This document shows, piece by piece, positions 38,810-51,512 of a stretch of DNA of 64,000 bases; positions within the stretch are counted from its first letter, which is position 1, and every line of letters begins with the position of its first letter. A model generated the notes under the pieces. It made no database searches. It was not told the origin of the DNA and saw only the letters and a program-made list of their open reading frames with translations. The stretch comes from Pseudovirgaria hyperparasitica. Its lineage: Eukaryota. The stretch lies in NCBI GenBank assembly GCA_010093815.1, contig ML996572.1; one strand, 5' to 3'. A program made the translations under genes and the position numbers.

Positions 38810-41044
38810 ATGTACCGACCTGTCGCTCATTCAGAGCAGGATGATTCAGCAATCGAACTCCTCGATATCGACGACCCACGTCATGCGGGACCGGCCAAAG
38901 CCGCACCTACTAGGCGCATTGCATCTGTAGGTATATATCCAAGGCGTCTTGAATAGATATATGCACGTGTATGAATACTATTAGTAGTCCTGAGCAAGAA
39001 CCAGAACTGTTTATTTGGTTTTTTTTTCTGTTTTTTTTTTTTCTATTTCTCGGAGAAACACGCAGCAACTGACGCGCCAAATTCAGACAAACTACCTCGT
39101 CGTCTTCTTCCTCATCAATTCCCTGGCCTTTGGCCTCACGGCCGTGCCGCGCATCAACCTGTTCGTCTCGCTGGTCTGCAAGCACGTGCTGACGCGCGAT
39201 GCCTCTGCAGATCCTTCGTCTGTCGTGCTGGGCGGCTTCAATCAGCAGTGTCAGATTGATGCGGTCAGCTCGCGTGTTGCTGTCGTGATGAGTACCGGTG
39301 AGGTGGTTGCGGGCGTGTGCTCGGCGCTGGTGACTGGGTTCTTGGGTAGGCTGAGTGATCGGGTGGGGAGGCTGGTGGTGCTGAAGTATATCTATGGGAT
39401 GAGAGTGGTGACGGAGGTCGTCATGGTTGGTGTGGTGTTGGGTGACGGGTGGGTGGATTGGCGATGGATATATATGGCGTTTCTGGTTGATGGGCTGGGG
39501 TGAGTTTCTCTCGTGTGTTGCGTGTGTGTGGGTTGTGCATGTTGTGTCGATGCTGATTCTAAGCCGTGATGTAGTGGGACTGTGGCTGCTGCTATGGGTA
39601 TATCCAGTGCATATGTGAGCGACTGCAATCCGCCCGAGAGACGGAATATGCTTATCGGTATACGCCCTCCCATCTCCCTTCCCACCATGTCGTCGGACGG
39701 CCACTTACTTATGCTTATACTCTCACAGGACGCATGCACGGCTCAATGTTCATCGGCATCTCCATCGGGCCCCTTCTCTCCTCCCTCATCATCCTCCGCA
39801 GCGCCTCCACTTCGCCTCTGCTCGTCTTCTACATTTGCTCCGCCATGCGCCTGCTCGCCATCTTCTACCTCTCCTTCATCCCCGAGAGCATCCATCACGC
39901 CCCTGAGCCTCTCCTCGCCGGTATCCGCAACACCATCGCCCTCGACAACCCTCGCTTCAGCACACTATCCAGCGGCCGCGACGCCCTCCTTACGCGGATC
40001 AAACGCCTGAGTCCACGTGCCTGGCTCGACGATCTGATTCCCCCATCACCTACCTTGCCCCCGTTCTTCCGCCGCAACTTCATCCTGCTATGTATCATCA
40101 ACATCATCGTATACGGCGCCGCTATCGCCCCCGCTGACGTCTCGATTCTATACCCACAGGTGCGTTTCTTACTTCCAGCTCGCCATCCCCTTCCGTCCCC
40201 CCTCCCCCCCTTTTTCCCCCCACAACCTCAAAGCCCCCCAAGCCAACCAAAAACGACCCTCCCTAACCCCCAACACAACAAACAGCACGTCTACGCCTGG
40301 GCCGACCTCGAGACAAACTACTTCATGGCCACAATAAACTGCTTCAGAGCATTCGTCTCCCTGCTCGGCCTCCCCTTGCTCATCTGGCTCTTTCGGCGCT
40401 GGTATCCGCCACACACACCACACACCCAACAACACACACCACAACAACAACAACAACAACACCCCACCCCCCCAACACCCCTAGACACATCCCTCCTCCG
40501 CCTCGCCCTCGCCCTCGACACCCTCGGCACCCTCGCCCTCGCCCTCGCGCCCACCTCGCTCACGTATACGCTCTCGTATACATTTGCCTCCTTTGGCGGG
40601 ATCGGGCTGAGCACGACCGAGGCTGCGCTCTCGGCGCATGTATCGTGCGTCGAGCGTGATGCGGAGCGCTATCACCATCATCATCACTATCATCATTCTC
40701 ATCATCACCATAGTCCGATAGGCGACGGGGAGAATGGAGAAGGAGGAGGAGAACAGCGTGGAGTAGATGAGTATGAGGAGGGCGGGGGCGGAGTGGATGA
40801 TGCTGACCATGAAGAAGAAGAAGAAGAAGAAGAAGAAGAAGAGCAAGAAGGCGCACGCTATGGCGCGTTGATGGGTGGTCTGGGCGTTGCGCAGGGCGCG
40901 ATGCGTATCCTTGCGCCTGCGGTGGCTGGCGGGGTGTATGCGGTGAGTGTGGGGTGGATGCCTGGGCTGGTGTTTGTTGGGGTTGGGGTTTGTTTGGGGG
41001 TTGGGCTGGGTGGGACGTTGTGGTTGCGGGTTGGGGGGAGGTGA
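38810..41044 (+). CDS. Major facilitator superfamily transporter (divergent, low-complexity insertions)
   Basis: Five exons (introns ~38927-39086, ~39500-39574, ~39658-39729, ~40160-40284). MFS motif A GRLSDRVGR, AYVSDC..PERR and GISIGP, with about 12 hydrophobic segments. The start codon is inferred. Confidence 0.72.
40811..40840 (+). repeat. (GAA)10 coding microsatellite (poly-Glu) in the MFS gene
   Basis: Visible directly and in frame. Confidence 0.9.
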
Positions 41045-41358
41045 TGATGGTCATGATGGTCATGATGGTCATTATGAATGTACTGTTGTATATGTGTATA
41101 TGTATGTGTATGTGTGTATGTGTGTATGTGTGATATGAATAGCGTGGTATGCGGCTGAGATTTCTGGGAGAGAATAGATGCATGAATCTCGTGGAGGTTC
41201 TGCTATTTTGTATGTAAAATTTCATAGCCCGGGACGGGAACGTCGGGAAGTCGCTGCGTATTCAAAACAAAATCACATATCGTGTCCCGTGCCGCAGTCG
41301 TCAACAACGCCGTTGGGTGTCTGACTCCGGATAGCACCCACCCACCTAATCACACCCT

Positions 41359-44300
41359 TTATGCCCGACCGACCATATAGTTCCTGTTCTCGACCGTGAC
41401 GCTCTTCGTCTGTTTGTGCTGTCAGTATAGATCTTGTCGCCTTATCAAAAATGAGTGCTTACCATATGATTGACCTTGTAAACGCCCACCAACCTAGATG
41501 CAAGCTCGAACTGTGTCTTTCGTTAGCTCAAGTGTCCACCAACCCAAAACACGCATAACGTCCAAACCCCGACTCACCATATTATTCCTCAAACTAATAA
41601 CAATAAACTGCGCATTCTTCGTCCTTTCCTTGATATACGCCGCAATAATGCTCACATTCCGGAAATCCAACGCCGCATCAATCTCATCCATGACATACAA
41701 CGGCGTAGGCTTGTAGTGATGCAGCGCAAACACCAGCGCCAGACTACTCAGCGTCTTCTCGCCACCCGACAGGTTGCTGATGTTCTTCCAGCTCTTCTTG
41801 GGCGGCATGACGCTGAACTCGATGCCCTCGGCGAACGGGTCGAGGGAATCGACGTATGTGAGCTCCGCGTTGCCGCCCATCGTGATCATCTGGTACATGT
41901 CCTTGAGGCGCAGTGTGATGATGCGGAAGCCGGCATCGAACTCGTCGTGTCGGCATTGGCGGAGCGTGTTGTAGCGTGCCTTGACGGCGTCGCGCGAGGC
42001 AATGGCCGTGGCGAGGTCGCTACTGCGGGAGGCGTGCTCTTCTACGCGGCGGCGATACTCCGAGAGCACGGAGATGTCGACGGAGGCATTGGACGTGCTT
42101 TCTTCGAGAGCGGCAATCTCGTCCTTGAGAGTGTTCTTGTCCATGTCTTGGAGTTCGTCTCGGGTGTATGTAGGGATCGTTTCAGCTTCTCCTTCTTCGC
42201 CGAGATCGCTACGTGAAGTTTAGTATAGCTAGTGGCGCAAGTAGAGGGATGTCACGAACCTGATGCTGTGAAGAACAACTTTGCTGAGCTTATCTTGCCA
42301 ATGGCGTAGTTTGCGTTCCGTATCCGCAAGAGACTTTTGACTTTCTTCCAGCTTATTTCTCATCTCGATCTCGACTCCTCTCGTCTCGTTCAACTCGGCA
42401 GTCTTCTCCTCAAGCTCTTTCTTGAACGTCTCTAGCTCTCCTTTCTTCGCATCAAGTACCTAGTCACAAATTAGCATAGTTCGTTATAGCTTACAGTTTC
42501 TGAATTACCTCGTCGGCTTCCTCGGCAGCCTGTTTAGTGCCTGCGGCATCTCTGCCCTGGGCCTCCATGGCTGTCTCGAGTTTCTCTTGCTCCACCGCAA
42601 GATTCCCAAGATCTGATTCTGCTTTAGCATGTTCTTTCTCATGCCTTGTTTTCTGCTTCTGCGCTTGTGACTTGCTGATTTCAGCGTCCGACATGTTGCT
42701 TTCCAAGGTCGATATTTGTTCCCGCAGCATGGTAACCTTGGCTTTCTGACTGCGATACTGCACACCACCAATTTGATCGATCTTGTCACGGAGCACCTGT
42801 ATCTCCTCCTCGACACCAGCGGTCTCGGCATGAAGCTTGGTAATCTCTACCTCCATTGTGGCGATGCTCTTCTCCAGTGTGGACATGCGAGACTTGTCAG
42901 ATTTGGACGTCTGTTGCTCGGCCGCTAGTTCTTTGATACGGCGTTGAGCATCAGCAATGTTTCGATCACAGCTTTCAATTTCGAGTTCCAGTTTCTGCGC
43001 TTTGGTCTCAAGCTGAGGGACTTGGTCCTGCATATCTCTGAGGGAGACCTCAAAAGACCGCTGTTGCTCTTGCAAGGCCTGGTATTCTTGCTCAACAGTT
43101 TCTCTGTCAACTTCGAGCTTTGACACTTGTTCCTTGGTGACATCAGCGGCGAGTTTTGAAGACATTCCACCTTTGGCGACACGAGTACCACCGCCGCTCA
43201 TGGTACCAGACTTGTCAATTAGCTGGCCATCAAGCGTCACTACTCTCCATCGCTGCGCTCCATATGCAATGCGATTTGCCTGTGCGAGATCGTCGGCCAC
43301 CAGGGTGTTTTGAAGCACACTATAGAATGCAGGACTGAACTTGGCATCCTTGGATTTGACCAGGTCGAAAAGGCGAGGTACGTCTTCAGGCGTCTGGATT
43401 TCAGAGAGGTCTCGTTTTGCAAGCCTGTCTAGGAGGATGAAATTTGCGCGGCCCAGGTTGTTCTTCCGAAGATACTCGATACATTGTTGACCCACCTCAA
43501 CGCTGTCCACAACGAGGTTGTCCAAAGAAGGACATGCTGTGGAGATAGCAACATCGTACTTCTGATCAATGGCACCAAGATTCCCAAGTCTACCATGAAA
43601 ACCATTGATACGACCAGAGTCTTTCAGGCGCATGAGGCCACTAAGCACGTTTCCTTGGCTTTGAGTCGCGGAGAAACTTGATCGAGCTTCGTCTGCTTTT
43701 TGCCGAGCGTTCGAAAGCTTGGACTTCAGTGTCGGCTCCTTCTTCGAGATGTTGTCAAGATCGATCTCAATCTTCTTGGCTTCCTTCTCAACCCTGCTCT
43801 TCTGTGTTTTACATTCATCGAGCTCAGTAATTTTAGCCGCTTTGGTTTCTTCGAAGCCAACGATCTTACTCTCGACTTCAGCAATGGCGACTGCTCCTGC
43901 GTTGCCCTTTTGTTGCAGGAGCTCCAATTCACTTTGAGCCACAGCTATACCCGATTGTTTCTCGTTGACTTTCGCCTTCCAAGGCTCAAGCGAGTGTTGT
44001 TTCGCGGCCATCGCGTCCGATAGGCCTTGCGTCTTGCCCTTCATAGACTCTTGAATGGCAGAGAGCTCCTTGTCTTCGACTTTCAACTTCAGTTCTAGCT
44101 CTTCAATCTCAGCACCATTACGTTCAACATCGTCGGATGAATTCTTGATCGTTGTCTCAGACGCCGAGATAGCGAAACGGCTTTTCTCCAATTCAGTCTC
44201 AAGCTTCTTCTGCTTACCAGCAAGGAACTTCTTCTTCGTCTCGAACTTAACCGTCTCTTTGTCAAGTTTGGCAGCCTTTTCTCTTACTGCCGCCGTATCC

Positions 44301-45961
44301 TTTTCAAGCCTCTCGAGCTCCTTTTTGCCAGCTTTGTACTGCTTCTCAAGATCCTTGATGATCTCTTCACTGCCGTCATGCTTCCTAAGTTCTTCGTCGA
44401 GAGAAGCTTTCATCTGAGCGACGGCTTCTTGGTTGGCTTGAATGGTATCACTACATTCCTCGATATAGATTTGATAGAGCGCGGATTGCTTTGTTGCCAA
44501 TTCGTTTTCCTCACGAATATAAGCCAAAGCTTTGTTCTTCTTGTCTTCCAGGCCATTCTTTTCCTTTTCCACATGCTGAACGCGGCTGCTCTTCTCCATA
44601 CACACCTCATTCAGGGCCTCCGTCTCTACAGCTGCCTCTTCGATCGGGGCCTTGTATTTAGATGTGCCGATAATATCTTCGAGATATTCAAGTAGACCAT
44701 CGTCGTGCTCTGTTGCAGCTTTCGCTTTCATTTGCGCGATCGACTCGACCTCGCCCTGTAGAATGAGAAATCGCTTATGATCCAGGTCGATGCCCTGGTC
44801 TTTCAACATAGTTGTGACTACCGTGAACGTGGACTCCTTCCCATTGATGTAATACTTGCTAGAGTTGTTTTTGAAGGCCCGGCGAGCGACTACCAGCTGA
44901 GTATCTGGTATCACATCGCTGCCACCACCTGGCTGGTCCATGACCTGTTGAAAATACACCTCCACTTCGCAGTAGTCTAGATCCGGATGCCGAGCAGAAT
45001 TGTGGATGAGAGCCGATATCTTTCCTTGGCGCATTTTACTGGCTCTGAAGCCAAACACAAAAAGTAGTGAATCAATGACATTTGATTTTCCTGAGCCATT
45101 TGGGCCGACTACTGACGAAAACGACGCATGAAATGGTCCTACTTCTTGTCGACCAGCGTAGCTTTTGAAATTAGTGAGAACAAGATATGTAATGACCAAT
45201 CGCGCCTGCGGACCGGTCGGCTCTTCAATCTTAGGTACTATGGCCGCCGCACGTCTCTTCGCGACAATCTCCATTGGTGTTCCCATGTCTGCAGGTTGTG
45301 ATCCTGCTGTTGATGGGCGGACCGCCTCCTGGGTCACTGTTTCTTGAGACCCTGCTGTTGACGGACGAGCAGATTCCTGGGTGGTCGGTTCAATCTTAGG
45401 AGTATGTAGGTCCCCTGCTGGAGGCGGAGCATCATCTTGGTTATTGCCCTCGACATCCATGGCTTCCGGCTCTTCCACAGATTCTGATCCCTGCTCATTG
45501 AGAGCGGTTTCGGTGATGTCCGCTAATGCGCCTGTACTTTGAACATTTTCTGGGGACTTGGAGGTAGATGGTGTTGGCAGTACTGTGGACTCGTTGGCGG
45601 CTTCTTCATCGTCTGGAATCTTGCGCTTGCGCGACGTAGGCTTCTTTGTAGGCGACGTGCGCCGCTTGGACGGCGATGCGGGTATGGGTGCCTCATTTTC
45701 GGGTTCAAACACTTGCGGGGGCTCTATTGACTCCGTCGCTCGTGTTCGTCGTGAGCGCGCTGCAGGTTGAGGAGTAGCGGAGACAGATGCAGTCTGGCGT
45801 CGATTCGCCCTCCTTGATGTCTTTGGCGCCGGTGTAAATTCTTCCTCACCATCGTTGTCGTCTTCCTTGACCTGAACCTCCTCTTCATCAGACTCAACGA
45901 CCGGTGCCTTGCGACGACTTGCAGCAGCCCTGCGCGTGGGTCGAGAGCCTGCTGCCGACAT
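41359..45961 (-). CDS. SMC4: Condensin subunit Smc4 (Cut3)
   Basis: NFKSYAG, Walker A VGPNGSGKSN, FLILQGEVE, hinge (GRLGNLG..VTLDGQLIDKSGTMSGGG), LSGGEKT and YVMDEIDAALD; four introns; ends TKSVTVENRNYMVGRA*. Confidence 0.97.
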
Positions 45962-46096
45962 TGTTGCGAGCTGGCGCTATATAGGTCAGTACTGTAGAGT
46001 CGTCGACACTGCCTGGCGTTGAGGGTTGTCCATTGCTCAAGCGCTTTGGGCCCTGGAAATCATAAACAATGCGCACGGACCCTGGGGTTCTGGCAT

Positions 46097-46106
46097 ACAC
46101 GCGTGT
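46097..46106. promoter_or_regulatory. MCB-like element (ACGCGT within the palindrome ACACGCGTGT) upstream of SMC4
   Basis: About 140 bp upstream of the SMC4 ATG. MCB boxes are the known G1/S element in ascomycetes, but a single hexamer can occur by chance. Confidence 0.4.
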
Positions 46107-48392
46107 TTTTAGCGCGCCAGATAAGTACCAAGGTTAGTGGCAGCCAGCACAAACGTCTGACGTGATTCACACATTTCGTCTCTCTATCAGGGCTCAACAC
46201 CGGACGCAGACGCAGACGCATCTCGAGTGCCAGTGGTGCATCTGATCTTTGTGCACATCGATTGCACGTTTCAAGGTCAATAAAACAGAACGAACTTGTT
46301 CAGAGAGGCATAGACTATTACTATACTGCTACTGTCACTGTCGGCTGCGGATAAGGGAAGCTCTTGGAGTACCTGGTGGTACAGCAGTAACCATATTCGT
46401 AGGTACATATATATATATATATCAATGAAGAAGGCATCAAAGGTGCACTTATTCACAATTGGATACCCGCTATCATGAGCGATGAGAGCAGCATGCTAGA
46501 TCTACTGCAGTACGGCCTCATGACCTAGAGAAACAGCAAATGGCAGATGCAACAGCAGGTTCTACCGAATGTGTCAATATGACGCCCTTGTCAAACTCTC
46601 TGTCGTTCCCGAGATTGGGAATATCTTCGTATGGAGCTGCGTCATGGAGCCCATGAAGTTAGATAATCAGTACTTTGCAAAGTCTCGACACCAAAATCCA
46701 ATGATTGAGCTTGGTCAATGTACCTCAACAATGGTAGATTATGATGCCCAAGAGAGCGATTTGGTCGTCGAAAAAGCGATGAATTGTGATGTAACAACGA
46801 CAAAACTCAACATCATCATGACAAGGAGAGAGATCGGTTTGCTTATACTTACCACATTACGAGTCACGTGAGTCGCGTGGAACCGTGGTAGCGTTATCTT
46901 CATACATGATAACATAAGGATGTCAACTACGCTTTGAGCCTTAACCTTGATCAGAGAGAGTCCTGCAGATAGTTAGTGTTGACAATAGCGCAAGCTCCAA
47001 GGTTCCATAGCTAGACATGTGATGTAAATGCCTAAGGCAGGTGGAGGTCGAACGATATTCTTTAGCTCTTTACTGTCGTTACATATTACTGCTGGGGACT
47101 TGCTGGAATGTCCCCAGACGACAGGCTTTCAAGACGCCCAGATGCGTCCTGTCCTAGGCTGATACCGCAACCGTGGACGAGACCTTGTATACATCTCGTT
47201 CCACGAAGAAGCGCTGCCTGGCTGCAGGAGTAAGATTCAAATCGAATCAAGTCCTTGTAGATACGACGGCACGTGAACGATGTCTATAGGTGGTGTTGAC
47301 GCATGAGTCTTTTACAGACAGTCTGGACAACAAACGACGATCGTCGGCAAGTAGTGATAGCTAGTCAAACGATATACGGCAGGATTCTCGGCGTGATGCC
47401 ACGAGGCCTTGTAGGCCGAGAGGGGCCCCAGAGTGTTCCTGGAAGCATACTACAGTCTCTAGGCATGATTGTGCGATGTATCTCTGACAGAGTGACACGA
47501 AGCTCGGTCTATAGATGGCGGTAGGAGGACTGATTCGTCGCATCCTCCACCATTCGAACCAACCGAGCGGCAGTTCGGTCTGGTCTGCTGCTGCTCCTCG
47601 TGGCTTGAATCCGAAGGTGTTGGTCGACCACTCAGATGCAGGTTCTGTCAGTAGCTGGTTTATTGCTTTCCCCGAGCCCTACAGCAAGGCGTCGAGGGAA
47701 TCAACGTTTCGTGCGTTGTGCCGCCGTTCCTGTCGATCTCTCCCTGCTTGCCGTGCATGTGGTGGTGCCAAGGAGACAGACGCTGCTCTGTTGAGGACGC
47801 CTGGCGATGGGAAGATCGGTAGGAGGAGTGGAGGGAGGCTGTAATGTTGGCGTTGGTAGTAGTAATAGCAGGACAAAGGTTGGCTGGTAATTATACAGAG
47901 TAACAACAAGAGTAAAGTTTGCACACACGATTGGAGGCGGTGAAGTCGGTAGCCGGATCCAGCGTTAGCGCTCAACCTCTTCATTCTTCCCCATACCACC
48001 GTCAACCCACGCCAGGCCAGCACGAATACCCAAGACCCAAAACCGTGTAGAACCCCCCGCGCGTCACTCCTCATGCACTGGTAAGCATCGTCCCCATTGC
48101 TCTCTCCGCTCCTCTCCGTCGTCTCCGCTCCCGAGATGCTTTTCCGACTCGTTCCCAGCCCGTGACAACGCGTGTTGCGCTTTGCGGTGGCATCCCTGGC
48201 ACAGCCGCGCAAGACGTCGCGACTCTTCTGCATCCATCACCTCCCACTAGGGCGCATACACTCCCGCTTGTTTACCTGTCGTCTCTCTGGCGTCTTCTCT
48301 GATGAATTCGAGGCTAATCGCGATGATCACACAGATGGAGACGCGCCTTTCTACCCTCCGCTCCTAACTCCATCCATCAGCCCCGACCGACC

Positions 48393-51300
48393 ATGAATAG
48401 CTTTGCGCCCGACTTCTCGAACAACAATGGCATGTACAACCAGAATGGCGGAATGCCCAACGCCAATCAAGCCATGTTCGACCCTTCGATGTTTGGCCAG
48501 GGCATGCAGAACAACCAGATGCAAAACGGAGGAACCATGTCGCCGGGCTTCCCGAACCAGCCATCATATCAAGTCAACCAAGTAATTCCATCCAAACGGC
48601 CGCGACCAAATGAAGAGAATCCGGGTGCTTCACCGCGCCCTGGAAGCAGATCGCAAACACCACAGATGCCATTCCCCGGCTATCAAGGCAATCAGCTCCA
48701 GGCCCCAACGCCATTTCAACACCTCCAACAAGGTGGCTCTCAGAACGCGACTCCATCACCAACAATGCAAAATCAACAATTTCGACCTCCAGGCGCTCCA
48801 CCTCAGCGAGTTAACACCGTTTCGCCAAACCCAAATCCGTATCCACAACATGGCATGGGCATGTCGCCCCCAAATGGCCCCAATTCACGCGTCGGCACCC
48901 CACAAAACCACAACATGGGCCAAATGGGCGGGATGAACTTCGTGCCAGGCATGCAGGGCGGTGCGAATCCACAAGCTTTCAACCAGAACTTCGGCGCCGG
49001 AAGAGGAATGCCGCAAGGAATGGGAAACATGCCGCAGCTCCCACCACATTTGAATCAAAAGTCGATGGATGTCCAAAAACAGTATCAGATGCAAATGCAG
49101 CACCAGCAACAGCAACTAGCTGCTGGAATGGGCATGCAACAACGCCATCCTGGGATGAACCCGATGTTCAATGCACAAGGCCCAGGACCTGGACCGGGAC
49201 AAGGACAAGGACAACCGCAAGGCATGCCACCCGGAGCAATGCGCCCAGGCCCACCGAACCCAGGCGGAGGTGCAGGCCAGCCACAACAGTTCCTCGCGCA
49301 GGTTGCTGCTTTTATGCAGCGAAATGGACGGCCATTCAATCATTCGCCAGTAGTCTGCGGACAGCCCGTCAATCTGGCAAAGCTCTTTCAACCAGTCATT
49401 AGGCAAGGGGGATCTGCGGTAGTGACACAGCACAACGCTTGGCCTCAGATCGCGCAGATGATGGGTTATCCTCCACAAAACTTCCCTAGCGCGCCTGCTG
49501 AACTCAAATTCGTGTACGAGCAGAATCTCGGGCCTTATGAGAGCGTTCACCTGCAGAAGGTACAGCAAAACCGTGCACAAGCTGCACAACAAGGGCAAAT
49601 GCCTGGTGGAAGTCAGCCACAAATGTCGCCAACACGGCAGATGCCAGGAACACCACAAAATCTACAGGCAGCGCAACAGCATGCGCAACAACAAGCGTAC
49701 ATGCAGCAGCTGCAGCGTGCCCAACAGCCCCAGCTCGAACACTCCACACCCGGTCGAAATGTTTCCGGCTCGTCCGCGAATGGTTGGAGTCCACAGGCCG
49801 ACCAAACACCCAGCAGGACACCGAACGCGATGAATCAGGCACAAAGAAAGAGTATGGAACGGCCACTGCAATCGACACCGCCTCACGGCCAACATGCCGG
49901 ATTTCCCACACCGTCTCCAGGACCTGAACAGAAGTTTGAACGAGCTCCCACATCAGAACCCGTCGGTCCAGTGCAGCCAAACGGTGTGCAGCATGAGCTC
50001 AGCATCAAAGTCAATCATGGTACAGAATACCACCCGAAAACACGATACTTGGTTGATACCCATGGAGGTATACCTGTGGAGGAAGCTGCGAAGATGGGAG
50101 AGGATATTGCACGAGCCAAGCCTACCGCACCTATGGTCGAAGAAATGGGTGTCATTGATATCCGGGCGCTGAGCTTGAGCATTCAATCAGGTATACATGC
50201 TGAGGTTAGACACGGCCTCGATGACCTTGCCAGGATAACGTGTGACCAACGATGCCAACTCGAACTGGAGAGATCCGAAGATTTACTCGATATCTTGATC
50301 GACTGCGCGGAAGAACAGGTCGAGCTCCTCGCCGATGGCGCACCCGAGGTTTCTGATATCATCGACCTAAACTCTTATGAAGACGTTCTGCGCAATTGCA
50401 AGCAAGAAGTGGAGTCGCTGCAAGACATACCCGAATTTGGGAGTCCAGAGTACGAACTCAATAGTGCAGCCAATAAACTGCTCGCAATCACGGTGATACT
50501 TCGAAATCTGTCGTTCTTTGAGTTTAACCATCATCTTCTTGCCGGCCCAACTGTATACAAGTTCCTTTCCAACACCATCCGGCTGATGGGCACTCGCATT
50601 CTCCTCCTACGGACCCATGTCAACACCTTCGACTTTATGAAAGACATTGTCACTTTCTTTTCAAATACGACACACGTCATGGGATTACCGTCTCGAGAAG
50701 ACGCTTTTAACATATTGCACTTCCTCCTCGCTTTCGCTCCGACGCCAGCTCCTAGTACTCCAGTCCGCTTCACGCCTTACGATCCCTCCATCCACAAATA
50801 TCTCCCCGCTGCAGTCGATTGTCTCGCAAAACTACTCGCCCGCGACGATCCGAACCGTGCCTACTACAAGAATATCTTCGCTCTCGACGCGGCGTCCTCT
50901 CCACCGTACGATCTCCTCACTCGATCATTCGCCCTCGCCATTTCTGTCGCACCTACACGCAACGCCCGGTCCCTCCGTCCCATCGACCTCAAAATCTCCG
51001 AAGCCCGCAAGCCATACTTCACACAGGGCATGCTCGCAGCCGATATCCTCTCTTCACTCGCGCCCGGGCCCGAATCAGGTCTTGCCCGTTCATGGCTTGA
51101 TGCCGAGGATGGCTGGGCCGCCAGCCTAGTTCACTTCGCCCTCGATCTGCTGCACGACCACGCTGCGCCACCTCCTGGACATCGCGGTCAGCGCCCGCCC
51201 GAAATGCAGGATCAGGGATTCAAACAGATCACGCACCGTGCGCTCACGATGTTGAAACGGCTAGCAGAGAAGAGTAGCGTGGATGATTCCTCAGTGCATC

Positions 51301-51512
51301 TGTCACATGAGAACGGACACGATGAGTCCGATGAGGTGAATGGCGAGAATTCAGACACCCATCAGGAGCAACGGACGAGCTCGAAGGGCGGATTGAGATT
51401 TGCAGCAAGTCTGGTGCCAAAGGTAGAGACGCTACTGGGCGCACACTTGATCCAGAGCGTCGATGGGGCCGGGCTCAGCAAACTGGTGCGTCTGGGCGAT
51501 TCTATCAGATGA
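48393..51512 (+). CDS. SWI1: ARID-domain SWI/SNF subunit (Swi1/Sol1-like)
   Basis: Q/P/G/M-rich N-terminus, ARID-like segment (FLAQVAAFM..PVVCGQPVNLAKLFQPVIRQGG..WPQIA..LKFVYEQNLGPYE), and C-terminal MGVIDIRALSLSIQSG..EVR..ILRNLSF. Confidence 0.85.
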   Translation: MNSFAPDFSNNNGMYNQNGGMPNANQAMFDPSMFGQGMQNNQMQNGGTMSPGFPNQPSYQVNQVIPSKRPRPNEENPGASPRPGSRSQTPQMPFPGYQGNQLQAPTPFQHLQQGGSQNATPSPTMQNQQFRPPGAPPQRVNTVSPNPNPYPQHGMGMSPPNGPNSRVGTPQNHNMGQMGGMNFVPGMQGGANPQAFNQNFGAGRGMPQGMGNMPQLPPHLNQKSMDVQKQYQMQMQHQQQQLAAGMGMQQRHPGMNPMFNAQGPGPGPGQGQGQPQGMPPGAMRPGPPNPGGGAGQPQQFLAQVAAFMQRNGRPFNHSPVVCGQPVNLAKLFQPVIRQGGSAVVTQHNAWPQIAQMMGYPPQNFPSAPAELKFVYEQNLGPYESVHLQKVQQNRAQAAQQGQMPGGSQPQMSPTRQMPGTPQNLQAAQQHAQQQAYMQQLQRAQQPQLEHSTPGRNVSGSSANGWSPQADQTPSRTPNAMNQAQRKSMERPLQSTPPHGQHAGFPTPSPGPEQKFERAPTSEPVGPVQPNGVQHELSIKVNHGTEYHPKTRYLVDTHGGIPVEEAAKMGEDIARAKPTAPMVEEMGVIDIRALSLSIQSGIHAEVRHGLDDLARITCDQRCQLELERSEDLLDILIDCAEEQVELLADGAPEVSDIIDLNSYEDVLRNCKQEVESLQDIPEFGSPEYELNSAANKLLAITVILRNLSFFEFNHHLLAGPTVYKFLSNTIRLMGTRILLLRTHVNTFDFMKDIVTFFSNTTHVMGLPSREDAFNILHFLLAFAPTPAPSTPVRFTPYDPSIHKYLPAAVDCLAKLLARDDPNRAYYKNIFALDAASSPPYDLLTRSFALAISVAPTRNARSLRPIDLKISEARKPYFTQGMLAADILSSLAPGPESGLARSWLDAEDGWAASLVHFALDLLHDHAAPPPGHRGQRPPEMQDQGFKQITHRALTMLKRLAEKSSVDDSSVHLSHENGHDESDEVNGENSDTHQEQRTSSKGGLRFAASLVPKVETLLGAHLIQSVDGAGLSKLVRLGDSIR

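Noticed and set aside
47836..47860. AGGCTGTAATG resembles the 5' end of fungal SRP RNA
   Set aside because: No helix-8 motif or poly-T terminator follows.
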